A stretch of 45,190 nt of DNA from an uncultured Acetobacteraceae bacterium (GCA_903847525.1 CAINEA010000918.1:1-45190); one strand, 5' to 3'; shown: positions 25,325 to 34,668, counted from the stretch's first letter. Numbers and translations: made by a program. Notes: generated from the sequence alone by a model not told the origin.

Positions 25325-25497
25325 AGGCTGAGCAGAAGGATCCTTTGACCGAGCTGAAAGAGCTTCTCAATCAGCCGCGCTTCAAGGACACCGATCTTGA
25401 AGCGAACATCGTATGGGCGATGAAGAAGAAGAACCTGACTCGGGATGAGGCCATTGCCTATTGCCTTGAACATTTCAAGTCGCTGAAGTTTATGTAG
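25321..25497 (+). CDS. Small acidic/helical protein (58 aa) coupled to the MuF-HExxH gene
   Basis: ATGA overlap with the upstream stop, followed by a terminator. Confidence 0.45.
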   Translation: MKAEQKDPLTELKELLNQPRFKDTDLEANIVWAMKKKNLTRDEAIAYCLEHFKSLKFM

Positions 25498-25520
25498 CCT
25501 CTCGACTCATACGGAATTCG

Positions 25521-25552
25521 AAGCCGCACCTGGCAACAGGAGCGGCTTTTTT
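25521..25552 (+). terminator. Intrinsic terminator
   Basis: aagccgc (25521-27) pairs with gcggctt (25542-48), with an inner cctg-gcaa-cagg stem and a T-run to 25552. Confidence 0.7.
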
Positions 25553-25572
25553 CATGCCCGGAGCAACCAACC

Positions 25573-27054
25573 ATGACACTAAGACTCGCCCAATTTGGCT
25601 ATTCGGCCGAAGAGCTGAAGGCTATCCCTGCCGAGGACTTCGCCGGGCCCAACCAATCGTTCCCGATCAAGACGGCCAATGACGTGAAGGATGCCTGGGA
25701 CCTGGCCGGGCACGCGGCCGATCCGTCAGCAGTCCGAACTGCCATCAAGACGATCGCGAAGCGCAAAGGGCTCGAAGAGGCTTTGCCGACAACCGCCGAT
25801 AAGGGTTCCTTTGCGTTCTTGATCGACGTGGCCAGTTTTGGCACCGAACAGGAGTGGATCCCGTGGGAGCATAAGATCTTCGAGGCCGGCACGTACCCCA
25901 ATCAGGGCGTTGACGCGAACCAGGGCTACCTCGACAAGATGGTTGCCAACTTCCGGCCCGTAAAGCTGAAGAACAGCCATACCAATGACCCGCAGTCGAT
26001 CTTTTCGAAGGTCGCGCTCGGCACTTGCGATTCCATTCGCCGAGAAGGAAACGATCTGATCGGCAAAGGCAAGATGCATCAGGTAGTCCGGATGATTTCG
26101 GACGCGCCCAAAGCATCGATCGAGATCCTGGACAAGGACACGGATCCAAAGCTTTCCGCGATCGCGCTGCTGAACTTCCCACAGGTCGATGACGCCAAGG
26201 TGGCGGCCTGCTACGCGAAGTTCGCTTCGATGAGGCATTCCGCCGCCGACGTGGATCATATCCAGGCGATTCACGACCACGCGGCCCAGTTGGGAGCAAC
26301 CTGCGCTCCCATGGACGGCCAAATGGGCGGAGCTCGGCACTCTAAGGCCGACCAGGCCGACATCCAGCAAATGCACGATTTGGCAGTCTCGCAGGGTGCT
26401 ACCTGCACGGCCGCCGGCGCTCAAATGGGCGCGATTCAACCAAACGACCCGGCACGGCGAACAAGCACGGCCAAGGAGAACCAGATGAACCCAACTATTT
26501 GGGAAAAGGTAAAGGCGTTCTTTGGCCAGAACTCGGACAAGGCCAAAGAGTCCGGCTTCACCTCGGAGGAACTCGCCAACTTGGCGATTTTCACGCCGCC
26601 GGCAGATACGGCGCCTTCGGCATTCTCGAAGCTTGACCCGGTGCTAGCTGCCGAGTTTGAAAAGCTCAAGGCTGACAATGCCGAGACCCGCGCTCAGTTT
26701 GAAGCGATCACCGCCGCTAAGCTGACGGATCGAGCGGCTCAGTTCGCTTCTCAGTGCAAGGCAGATCGCAAGATCCTGCCGGCAGAAGAGGCCCACATTG
26801 CCTCTCTCTTCGTGATGGCGGCAAAAGCTGACGGAGACGGCAAAGCGGCCAAGTTTGGCGCTGATGGCTCCGTGATTGAAGGCGACAATGTCAAGGCCCT
26901 CAAGAGCGCAATGGAAGCTCGCCGAACCCTGGCGATCTTCGAGACCGAGATCCCCAACGCGAGGCCAATGGGCGTAGCGGGCGACCAGGTTGCGGCGGCT
27001 CATCAGACGCTGGCCACGGCGGTGGACGCTTACAACAAGCGAGGTAGGAACTAA
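25573..27054 (+). CDS. Scaffolding protein / prohead protease-scaffold fusion (putative)
   Basis: Sits between the MuF-like gene and the decoration/capsid genes. It has a helical C-terminus (KLDPVLAAEFEKLKADNAETRAQFEAI...) and an internal tandem H..AD...IQ..HD.A...GATC motif. Confidence 0.5.
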   Translation: MTLRLAQFGYSAEELKAIPAEDFAGPNQSFPIKTANDVKDAWDLAGHAADPSAVRTAIKTIAKRKGLEEALPTTADKGSFAFLIDVASFGTEQEWIPWEHKIFEAGTYPNQGVDANQGYLDKMVANFRPVKLKNSHTNDPQSIFSKVALGTCDSIRREGNDLIGKGKMHQVVRMISDAPKASIEILDKDTDPKLSAIALLNFPQVDDAKVAACYAKFASMRHSAADVDHIQAIHDHAAQLGATCAPMDGQMGGARHSKADQADIQQMHDLAVSQGATCTAAGAQMGAIQPNDPARRTSTAKENQMNPTIWEKVKAFFGQNSDKAKESGFTSEELANLAIFTPPADTAPSAFSKLDPVLAAEFEKLKADNAETRAQFEAITAAKLTDRAAQFASQCKADRKILPAEEAHIASLFVMAAKADGDGKAAKFGADGSVIEGDNVKALKSAMEARRTLAIFETEIPNARPMGVAGDQVAAAHQTLATAVDAYNKRGRN

Positions 27055-28013
27055 TGACGGGACTGCTCTATATCAGCCCGATTGCGGGTATCGAATCGCC
27101 TCGAGCAGGCGATTTCATTTCGTCGGAAGCCAACTCCTGGCGCTCTCGCGACCAGGTGCCTTTGGCGCCGGTTGGAGACAGCGCAACTTCGTATCTTGCG
27201 GGAGTTGTGCTCGGCAAGCAGGTTATTGGATCCAAGGCCGCATTTGCGATGGGTGCCGGATCCACCGGCGTTCTGACGTGCGGAACGATCACTCTAAGTG
27301 CTGGCGTTCAGCAGGGCGTCTATGGGGCGGTCTGTATCGTTGCTGGTGCAACTGCTCGGTACGAGATCTCGAACGCCTCGGGAGTCCTTGTTGGAGTCGT
27401 CACGGTTGGAACCGCTTTCAGCGGCGGTGGACTTGCATTCACCCTTTCCAACACCACGAACTCCGTGGTTGGCGACATCTTCACCATCACGGTGGGAACC
27501 GCAGCCTTTGCGAACACGGGCGGCGACACTGGAAACGGCACCTGCTCTGCGATCGTGGTTCAGCCGGGCGTTATCGGCGGAACGTACACCTTCACCTGCA
27601 CGGTGGCCGGCGCAACCACCACGTTTACCGGCGTGGATCCGTTCGGCAACATTCTGCCGCCATTGACGGTCGGCACCGCTTACAACGGTGGCGGTTTGAC
27701 CTTCACCATCACTTCCGGTGGAACGGCCTACATCGTGGGCGATTCGTTCACGGTCACGACCTATACCGGCAACGATGAGTACTACCCGGTCAACGCTTCC
27801 GCGTATGACGGCACTCAGAACGCCGCCGGCATTCTGGTTTTCCAGACCTATGTGGGAGCGGCCACGGTCGTTCAGGTCGCAGTCGTCTCACGCCAGGCTG
27901 AGGTTAAGGCGGGCAGGCTCTGCTGGCCATCGACAACTACCGACGACCAGCAGCGCAACTGGATTGCCCAGCTTGCTGCCCTGGGAATCATCGTGAGGAG
28001 GGATCTAGTCTAA
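27054..28013 (+). CDS. Head decoration protein (lambda gpD-like) with a duplicated insert
   Basis: The N-terminus is GDFISSEANSWRSRDQVPLA..G....AGVVLGK. The C-terminus is AGILVF......VAVVSRQAEVKAGRLCWP.....WIAQLAALGIIVRR. It lies immediately upstream of the capsid gene (TAATG coupling). Confidence 0.7.
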   Translation: MTGLLYISPIAGIESPRAGDFISSEANSWRSRDQVPLAPVGDSATSYLAGVVLGKQVIGSKAAFAMGAGSTGVLTCGTITLSAGVQQGVYGAVCIVAGATARYEISNASGVLVGVVTVGTAFSGGGLAFTLSNTTNSVVGDIFTITVGTAAFANTGGDTGNGTCSAIVVQPGVIGGTYTFTCTVAGATTTFTGVDPFGNILPPLTVGTAYNGGGLTFTITSGGTAYIVGDSFTVTTYTGNDEYYPVNASAYDGTQNAAGILVFQTYVGAATVVQVAVVSRQAEVKAGRLCWPSTTTDDQQRNWIAQLAALGIIVRRDLV

Positions 28014-29119
28014 TGACGCCACAAGCACTGATGGCCGGTCTGAGCAATCTTATGGGAACGCCAAACGTTCCCGCCTACACCCCCATTGGCAAGCTGATTG
28101 CCAATGGGGACATCGCCCAGGGTCAAATGGCGACCCTGGCGGGATCCGTCAACGGAGTCCCCTTCGAACCGTCCTATCTCGGCGATCTTGGGATCTACGA
28201 CTACGATGGCGCGATGACTCGCATCATCGAGGTCGAGTTCGACTCCCAGGTGATCAACCTGATCCAGACGAGCGCCCCTGGCTCTCCTGGACAGGAGACG
28301 GAGCTCAACCTCCGAACCGTGAAGGCGATCTCAGCGCCCCGCATCGCTCGAACCGTGACGGTCAACGCGATGGAAGTCGCTGAGATCCGGGCACTGGCAT
28401 CGACCGACCTGGAAACGGTCAAGACTCGCGCCGATCGAAAGCTGATCAACGCGGTTCGCGACATTCGGACGACTTTGGAATACCACCGAGTCGGCGGCGC
28501 AATGGGCATTTTGCTCGACGCCGACGGCACCACGGTTCTCCAGAACTACTTCACGCTTTTGGGTGTGACCCAGCCGACGTTCAACGTTCAGTTCGGAACT
28601 GCAGGTTCGTCCAAATTCGTCCAGATCGGTGCGACTCTCCTGAACATGCTGGAAGACGCACTCGGAAACCTATCGCCGAGCGGCGAGCCTCCGATCGTGC
28701 TGTGCGGCCGAACGTTCTGGCAGCGATTCATCAGCTCTGCAGACGTGGTAAACGCCTACCAGTACTTCGAGGCGACGAAGCAGAAGTTCTTGCCCAACCG
28801 GGAAGATCTTCGCTACGCTGACTTCGAGTTCGGTGGAATCGTGTGGAGGCAGTGGCGCGGCCAAGCGGCCAACGGAGCTGGCCGGTTCATTCCAGACACC
28901 CAGGCCCAGCTCCTGGTTCCTGGTGTTTCCGGCACCTACCTCGGCCTCTTCTGCCCTCCGGAAGATCAGGTCAGCAAGGTGAATACCAAGGGTATTCCCA
29001 TCTATCCGACCGTGAAGGTTCTGGATCACGATCAGGGCTACGAAATCCGGCTGCAGAGCAACCCTCTGCACATCATGACCCGTCCCGCGGCAGCTATCGA
29101 GCTGTACTCGAGCAACTAA
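28013..29119 (+). CDS. Major capsid protein (lambda gpE-like family)
   Basis: 368 aa, following the decoration gene. The pattern LGIYDYDGAMTRIIEVEFDSQVINLIQTSAPGSPG...AISAPRIA...NAMEVAEIRA is typical of the E-family. Confidence 0.8.
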   Translation: MTPQALMAGLSNLMGTPNVPAYTPIGKLIANGDIAQGQMATLAGSVNGVPFEPSYLGDLGIYDYDGAMTRIIEVEFDSQVINLIQTSAPGSPGQETELNLRTVKAISAPRIARTVTVNAMEVAEIRALASTDLETVKTRADRKLINAVRDIRTTLEYHRVGGAMGILLDADGTTVLQNYFTLLGVTQPTFNVQFGTAGSSKFVQIGATLLNMLEDALGNLSPSGEPPIVLCGRTFWQRFISSADVVNAYQYFEATKQKFLPNREDLRYADFEFGGIVWRQWRGQAANGAGRFIPDTQAQLLVPGVSGTYLGLFCPPEDQVSKVNTKGIPIYPTVKVLDHDQGYEIRLQSNPLHIMTRPAAAIELYSSN

Positions 29120-29128
29120 GGAGGAACA

Positions 29129-29353
29129 TTGAAGGAACTTCCAAAGAGATCCGAGGCGGAGGCACTTCTGAAGCGAACCGGCTACGTCCGATTGGGAGAT
29201 CACAGCGCGACCAGCATGGAAGCGCTGGATGAGATCTACACCACTCGGCACAAGAACTGGCTTGCAGCAGAGAAGAAGGGATTCCTGATGGCTCCCGCCA
29301 CAACCACGCCGGCATCCACATTGCCGGTCGCGCCGGTCGATCCACCGGCCTAG
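29129..29353 (+). CDS. Hypothetical protein (74 aa)
   Basis: AGGAGG lies 4 nt before TTG 29129. Confidence 0.5.
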   Translation: MKELPKRSEAEALLKRTGYVRLGDHSATSMEALDEIYTTRHKNWLAAEKKGFLMAPATTTPASTLPVAPVDPPA

Positions 29354-29380
29354 ACAAGGACAGGCTACTGTCCTGACTTT

Positions 29381-29414
29381 GCGACTCGCCTGCACACCCG
29401 TTCAGGCGAGTCGC
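29381..29414 (+). terminator. 12-bp-stem hairpin after the capsid genes (partial terminator/attenuator)
   Basis: gcgactcgcctg (29381-92) pairs with caggcgagtcgc (29403-14). The U-tail is weak (cttaggttt). Confidence 0.45.
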
Positions 29415-29428
29415 CTTAGGTTTAAACC

Positions 29429-29878
29429 ATGTCCACTACATACATTCCTGCCAATATCGGCGGCCTCACGAAAGACCGTGTCCGCTGGCGCGTCGGCGAC
29501 GTGAACGGAAACCCTCAGTGGTTTCTGCAGGATGAGGAGATCAATGCTCTCCTGGCCACCCAGGTTTACCCGGATGGCTCAATCCAGTTTGATGAGGTCT
29601 GCGCCCTCTGCGCCGAAAACATTGGCGCCCAGTGCACCCAGCTTGCCAACAGCATCGCCCAGCGCAACCTGAAGGTTGTCTACGGCGATCGCGCCAAGGC
29701 CGCGTTCGCGCTTGCCGATCGGATCCGCGACAAGGCGATGATGTGGCCAGGCGGGCCCACCGAATACGGAGCGCTTTCCGGCCAGATTTGCCATGGCGGT
29801 CTGCCGCCTCAATACGATCAGCTTGCCGGCATTTGCCCTGAGCGAATCGAAAGCCCGTTTGACATCCCACCCTACTGA
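29429..29878 (+). CDS. Head-tail connector/adaptor candidate (149 aa)
   Basis: First gene after the capsid hairpin. Assigned by position only. Confidence 0.45.
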   Translation: MSTTYIPANIGGLTKDRVRWRVGDVNGNPQWFLQDEEINALLATQVYPDGSIQFDEVCALCAENIGAQCTQLANSIAQRNLKVVYGDRAKAAFALADRIRDKAMMWPGGPTEYGALSGQICHGGLPPQYDQLAGICPERIESPFDIPPY

Positions 29879-29879
29879 T

Positions 29880-30272
29880 ATGGCTGTACTCATCAAGAAC
29901 GCGGTCGCGATCGTGTACCCCGTGCTTCAGGCGGCAAATGCATCCAACGTTGCAGAGAATCCCGCGCCAGGCGCCAGCGTGAGCATTCCGGTGTACTTCG
30001 AGGAGGCAACACCATCTGAAGTACTGATCGACTACGGTGTGCAGCTTAGACAGCCGGCCTACCTTCAGTGCGAGCTGAGCGAAGCATCGAACTTCAGCAG
30101 TCAGGCTCTGGTGAAGATCCAGCTTAACGGCGTGACCTACCCGGCCGGCGACTTCTACCAAGAGTACGTGTGCCAGGGAAATCCTGAGAACCACAGGGTG
30201 CCCGGGTTTTCGGATGCAGACCATACCGATGTATTGCTCGAGCTTCTTGAATACGCTCAGCAGGGAGTCTAA
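29880..30272 (+). CDS. Head-tail joining candidate (130 aa)
   Basis: ATG 29880 lies 1 nt after the upstream stop. Assigned by position only. Confidence 0.45.
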   Translation: MAVLIKNAVAIVYPVLQAANASNVAENPAPGASVSIPVYFEEATPSEVLIDYGVQLRQPAYLQCELSEASNFSSQALVKIQLNGVTYPAGDFYQEYVCQGNPENHRVPGFSDADHTDVLLELLEYAQQGV

Positions 30273-30739
30273 TGAGCAACGCACTGCAGACGTCCGCACT
30301 TCTGACGGCGATCAACGCTGCGATTCAGACCGCGGCTCAGACCTTTTTGTCCACCTCGGCGCCAAACCCGATTCTGATCTTCAATGAGCAGCCTCGAACC
30401 GAGGTGGAAACGCTGCCCTACGCGATCGCGGAACCGGAAGTCGTTCACATCGACATGGCCGGCAGGGCGGGAACGGTGGCGGGGATTTCGCAGGAGAACC
30501 GCTTCCGGATCATCGTCCGGCAGCGCTTCCCGACAGATCCCAGCCAGCTGCTTCTCAACCTTAAGCTCGCGGCCGCAAATGCTTTGATCGCAAACCTTCA
30601 GAACGGGCCCGGCTTTGCCGGAATCGCAATGCTGCCGCTTGTCTCGGATGTGACGTTTGCCGAGACCGACAGCTTTTCGACCAAGGTGTTCGAAGTTGAG
30701 CTCGCGTTCACCTGTGTGACGATTGGAACGCACCACTGA
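30272..30739 (+). CDS. Neck/tail-completion candidate (155 aa)
   Basis: Overlapping start and stop with neighbours. Assigned by position only. Confidence 0.45.
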   Translation: MSNALQTSALLTAINAAIQTAAQTFLSTSAPNPILIFNEQPRTEVETLPYAIAEPEVVHIDMAGRAGTVAGISQENRFRIIVRQRFPTDPSQLLLNLKLAAANALIANLQNGPGFAGIAMLPLVSDVTFAETDSFSTKVFEVELAFTCVTIGTHH

Positions 30740-31257
30740 TGGCCAGACAGTTTACGAAGGGTATCGACCTTTACAAAGCCCAGGGCGACTTTTTCCAGAG
30801 AGCTCAGCTGTCGGCGGAAAAGGCGCATGCACAGCTTGCCGAGCAGGCCTATGAGGACTGGAAGGCGCTGGTAAGCGGCCAGCTCCAGAAGGCCCAGACG
30901 AAGGGAGCCTTTGCGCGCGGATCCAACGTGACCGTATCGACCAAGTTTGGACGGAGGCGGCAGCTCACGGCGGCCCAGCTGGCCAAGCGGAATCTGTCAG
31001 GATCGGTGCCGCTTCTGCCGATCAACATTCAGTCCGGCCGGTTGGAGCGATCCATTACGCGGAGACAGACCGGAACGATGCCGAGACAGATATTCGACGT
31101 TGGCCCGAATTCCAGCGCCGGTAAATCGATGTGGGTGCTGGTTCCAGGAGGCACTCGGAAAATGATCGCCCGTGGGATCTGGGTGGAGATAGAAAGGCGG
31201 TGGAAGGCCCGCAATAAGGCTTTCCAGGATATGTACGTGAAAGGACAAGGAGTTTAG
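30739..31257 (+). CDS. Neck/tail-completion candidate (172 aa)
   Basis: ATGA-type coupling with neighbours. Assigned by position only. Confidence 0.45.
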   Translation: MARQFTKGIDLYKAQGDFFQRAQLSAEKAHAQLAEQAYEDWKALVSGQLQKAQTKGAFARGSNVTVSTKFGRRRQLTAAQLAKRNLSGSVPLLPINIQSGRLERSITRRQTGTMPRQIFDVGPNSSAGKSMWVLVPGGTRKMIARGIWVEIERRWKARNKAFQDMYVKGQGV

Positions 31258-31262
31258 GAACG

Positions 31263-32081
31263 ATGGCAGCTAAGACATCTCTCAACATGGTGGCGTTCAC
31301 CTATACGCCGAATGCCAGCGGCACCCCACCGGCGGTTACTGACCTGGCCAGGCTCAAGACATTCTCGGCTTCGGCCGAGAATGACCAGAAGGACGGCGGC
31401 GGCATGGCCACGCGCTTCCCCTACTTCCTGAACGTGAAGCAGGGCCAGACGATCGACTTCACGGTGTTCGCCAACAACGCGGGATCCTCTCCTCCGGAGC
31501 CGATTCTGACGAACCTGGACATCTCGGTCTACACCGAGGGAGGAACCAGCTACCTTGGTCAGCTTCGCTCGGCGACGATTGAGGTGACCACCGTGAACAA
31601 GGAGGCGAGCGGAATCGCCTCTGCCTACAAATCGCCTGGCGCGACTCGAACTCAGGTCCAGTTCACGGCAAAGAAGCTGATCCTGACCAACGCGGTGAAT
31701 ATGCCGCTTCTGATCAACGGCGTGGTCGGCAATATGGACGTCACCGTGGTGATCACGTTTGGCACCTGGAGCTTCTCAATGCCGATGACGATCAAGAGCG
31801 GCAAGCACACGGTCGACCGTGAAGAGCTGCAGATGGAGGACGTGGTCTTCACGGCGAAAGGCACGGCCACCGGGCCCTCCGACAACTCTCTGCTCGGCAA
31901 CATCCTGCTCGGAACGTCTCAGGTCGGCTTGGCTCTCGACACAGGCGGCGGCCAGTACAACACCGGAACCGCAATGTGGGCTCTGATCACGAAGCTCACG
32001 GTGAAGTTTGACGACGGAGACCTGATCGAGCAGACAGGGCAATTCCAATTCCAAGGCGCGGCAGTTTGGGCTACCGGCTAA
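31263..32081 (+). CDS. Major tail (tube) protein candidate
   Basis: 272 aa, beta-rich, located just before the chaperone/tape-measure genes. Confidence 0.55.
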   Translation: MAAKTSLNMVAFTYTPNASGTPPAVTDLARLKTFSASAENDQKDGGGMATRFPYFLNVKQGQTIDFTVFANNAGSSPPEPILTNLDISVYTEGGTSYLGQLRSATIEVTTVNKEASGIASAYKSPGATRTQVQFTAKKLILTNAVNMPLLINGVVGNMDVTVVITFGTWSFSMPMTIKSGKHTVDREELQMEDVVFTAKGTATGPSDNSLLGNILLGTSQVGLALDTGGGQYNTGTAMWALITKLTVKFDDGDLIEQTGQFQFQGAAVWATG

Positions 32082-32095
32082 TTCAGGAGGCTTTC

Positions 32096-32305
32096 ATGAG
32101 TGATATTCAAGAACCGAGGGGCTTTGGCGTGGCCCATGATCCCGTGATTCACGGGCCTGGCGGCGGAGGCTTTGATCCGATCACCGTCGAGAAGCCGGAA
32201 GTCTCGGAACCGGCGCCAGCTCCAGCAGTGCAGACGGTTGCACCGGTCGATGAGGCAGATCCGCATCTGACCGCTCAGCCGGGCGATACCGAGGTGAAGG
32301 CTTGA
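32096..32305 (+). CDS. Small acidic protein (69 aa)
   Basis: AGGAGG lies 5 nt before ATG 32096. Confidence 0.45.
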   Translation: MSDIQEPRGFGVAHDPVIHGPGGGGFDPITVEKPEVSEPAPAPAVQTVAPVDEADPHLTAQPGDTEVKA

Positions 32306-32808
32306 TCACTGATCCGCTAGAGGAGGTGACTCCAAGCCCACTTATCTTTGACGACTTCCTGGAGAGGATTAAGCCGGCGAATGATTCCTTTGAGATAGCG
32401 ATGCTTACTGGAGATCGGCTGAGGTTTCGCCATGTCTATGGCAGGGATTCCTTCCGGCAGATTCGGGATGCCGCCAACGGATTTGCGGACTCGGTTACGG
32501 CTGAGAAGGCCCCTCCGGCCATGCAGCCGTACGTGCCATCTGACAAGGCCACGAAGGTTTGGTGCCACATAATGGCCCAGCTTTCGCTGGATCAATGGGG
32601 CGAACTGAACTTCCTGAAGATCCAGCATTATGCGCCGATCGTGTTTGACGACCTGCAGAAGAAGTTCATGACGGAGATGACGCACGTGAGCAGCTCGCAG
32701 GAAATGGCCGAGATTGATTCGGCAAAAAAAGGATCCGCGCCAGCGTCTTCTGGCGGAACCGCCTCCAGGTCGCACAGGAAGTCTGGGGACTCCACCCCAG
32801 GCAGCTAG
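32302..32808 (+). CDS. Tail assembly chaperone (gpG-like), zero-frame product
   Basis: Lies immediately upstream of the tape measure and contains the slippery run A AAA AAA at 32724-32730. Confidence 0.6.
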   Translation: MITDPLEEVTPSPLIFDDFLERIKPANDSFEIAMLTGDRLRFRHVYGRDSFRQIRDAANGFADSVTAEKAPPAMQPYVPSDKATKVWCHIMAQLSLDQWGELNFLKIQHYAPIVFDDLQKKFMTEMTHVSSSQEMAEIDSAKKGSAPASSGGTASRSHRKSGDSTPGS

Positions 32809-32897
32809 AAGGCGCTCCCTACGACGATGCAATGATGATCGACTTCATCGCGCTTGCCTACATCAGGCAGGAAGAGCTAAAGCCGACAGAGGAATAG
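32302..32897 (+). CDS. Tail assembly chaperone -1 frameshift product (gpGT-like)
   Basis: After a -1 slip at 32724-32730 the new frame is open for 57 codons (KKRIRASVFWRNRLQVAQEVWGLHPRQLEGAPYDDAMMIDFIALAYIRQEELKPTEE*). It stops at 32895-97, 4 nt before the tape-measure ATG. Confidence 0.55.
32724..32730 (+). other. Slippery heptamer A AAA AAA (programmed -1 ribosomal frameshift site)
   Basis: The zero frame reads GCA AAA AAA GGA, i.e. an X XXY YYZ heptamer. Confidence 0.55.
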
Positions 32898-32901
32898 ATC
32901 G

Positions 32902-34668
32902 ATGCCCGTATTTCAAGAGCTGATCACCAGGCTGATCCTGGAGTCCGAAAAGTACGTGGCGGGCGCGAATCGCGTCAAGGCCAGCACCCACGAAGCCACC
33001 CTGGCGATCGATGAGCTGGTTCTTCATTCGAAGGAAGCCGGCGCGAAAGTTGGCGAGGCCCTTCGGTTTGGCGAGCTGGTGGCTCCGCTCGCAGCCGCGG
33101 CTTCTGCGGTTGGAATCATCGAGCTCGGCAAGCATGCTGAAGAGACCGCACTTGAGTTTGACAAGCTGGAAAGACACATCCTTGGCGTTACGCGATCTGC
33201 GCAGCGGACCAAGGAGATCATGGATTTTGGCGAGAAGCAGTCCGGACTGTTCGGAATCGCATCGCCGGAGCAGCTTGACTCAGTTGCCGCTCAACTTGAG
33301 ACATTGAAACTCAGGACGGAAGAGTATCTGCCGGTCCTTGAGAAGCTTGCTGTGCTCTCTCCAGAAGGCGCCGCATCGATGACGCAGTTCGCCGAAGCGT
33401 TCGCTCTTATTGAGCAGGGCCAAGGCGGTCGGGCCATCCGAGAGCTGGAGCGCATCGGCATCACGATCAAGGATCTTGAGCGCCATGGCCTTAGGTTTAC
33501 GGGCGTCGATGAGCAGACCGGAATGCGAACTCTGGTCACTCCACCGCGCCAGGCGCTCAAAGGGATAGAGGCGACGATCAATGAAGTCGGCGGCCCGGTC
33601 CTCCAAGAGTTTATGAACTCACCGGAGGCGCGGTTTCAGCGATTCAAGAATGCCGCCGACCAGGCTTTTCGATCTGCCGGCAATGAGATCATCAAAGATC
33701 TTGTTCCAGCGGCCGAAGCAGGCAATGAAGCCATTGAGCATCTCACCGAGAGCGGACGCATCGCGCACATGACCGATGCATTTCTGAATTTCCTCGGATT
33801 GGAATCGACCAACCTCGAGGAAGGCTTTATGCGAATCGGCGAGTGGATCACTGGGATCCCTGACATGCTCAACGCCGGCAAGAAGAAGCTGATGGAGTGG
33901 CTTCCGGTTCTGGCTGACATCGGGGAAGTCATGGCCGGCATCTTCGTAGGCATCAAGATGGCCAGTTGGGTAGAAGCGGCAGTCGCCGGATATCGAGCCG
34001 TTGGACTTGCGGCGGCAGCGGCAGCGGCGGCAGAGGAAACTGCAGAAGTCGCCTCTGGCGTTGGGATCGGTGTCGCGGTCACGGCGGCCGCGGCTGGCGT
34101 TGCCGCCTATGAGGGCCTCAAGTCGGTAATCGACAACGTGACCGATTCGGTCAACGCGCTCAGCGATGCACACCAGCACGCGAGAGTGGCGGCCGAGAAC
34201 GCGGTCATGGCTCAAAAGCGCGAAGAGATGCGCGAGCTCCTCCAGCAGAGAAAGCAGCTCGATGCCGAAATCGACAAGGCCAAGGGCGCTTGGGACTACG
34301 GCTTCTATGGAGACGACAAAGGCGTCGGGGAGATGGAAGCGAAGGGCAAAACGCTGGATCAGAAGATCAGAGCGCTTCAGCTCGACATGAACGCGGCCGA
34401 CAAGACTCCAGACAAGAAGCTTGAGTCGAAGCCGGATCCGTTGAATCCTCAGACTCAGCTTCTCCAGCAGATTGCGGTCAATACGAAAGAGATCGCTCAC
34501 GACTTGAGGCGGTACGCGCTCGGCGGCGGAGATCTCGGCCGAGAAGGCGTGGCGGCCGTCGACATGAGGTCAGGTGCAGCCAAGGGGCGCCTGGTCGCTG
34601 CCATCACCGAGTTCGTAGACGCTCACACATCCAAGGCGATCGCCGGCAACATGCGCTACGGTCACTAG
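32902..34668 (+). CDS. Tape measure protein
   Basis: 588 aa and largely helical, with an Ala/Gly-rich hydrophobic segment (AAAAAAAEETAEVASGVGIGVAVTAAAAGVAAY). Follows the chaperone pair. Confidence 0.8.
   Translation: MPVFQELITRLILESEKYVAGANRVKASTHEATLAIDELVLHSKEAGAKVGEALRFGELVAPLAAAASAVGIIELGKHAEETALEFDKLERHILGVTRSAQRTKEIMDFGEKQSGLFGIASPEQLDSVAAQLETLKLRTEEYLPVLEKLAVLSPEGAASMTQFAEAFALIEQGQGGRAIRELERIGITIKDLERHGLRFTGVDEQTGMRTLVTPPRQALKGIEATINEVGGPVLQEFMNSPEARFQRFKNAADQAFRSAGNEIIKDLVPAAEAGNEAIEHLTESGRIAHMTDAFLNFLGLESTNLEEGFMRIGEWITGIPDMLNAGKKKLMEWLPVLADIGEVMAGIFVGIKMASWVEAAVAGYRAVGLAAAAAAAAEETAEVASGVGIGVAVTAAAAGVAAYEGLKSVIDNVTDSVNALSDAHQHARVAAENAVMAQKREEMRELLQQRKQLDAEIDKAKGAWDYGFYGDDKGVGEMEAKGKTLDQKIRALQLDMNAADKTPDKKLESKPDPLNPQTQLLQQIAVNTKEIAHDLRRYALGGGDLGREGVAAVDMRSGAAKGRLVAAITEFVDAHTSKAIAGNMRYGH

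Noticed and set aside
26990-27778. 262-aa plus-strand ORF overlapping the decoration gene in another frame
   Set aside because: The sequence is Arg/Trp/Cys/His-rich nonsense. The alternative frame gives a gpD-like protein that is start/stop-coupled to both neighbours.
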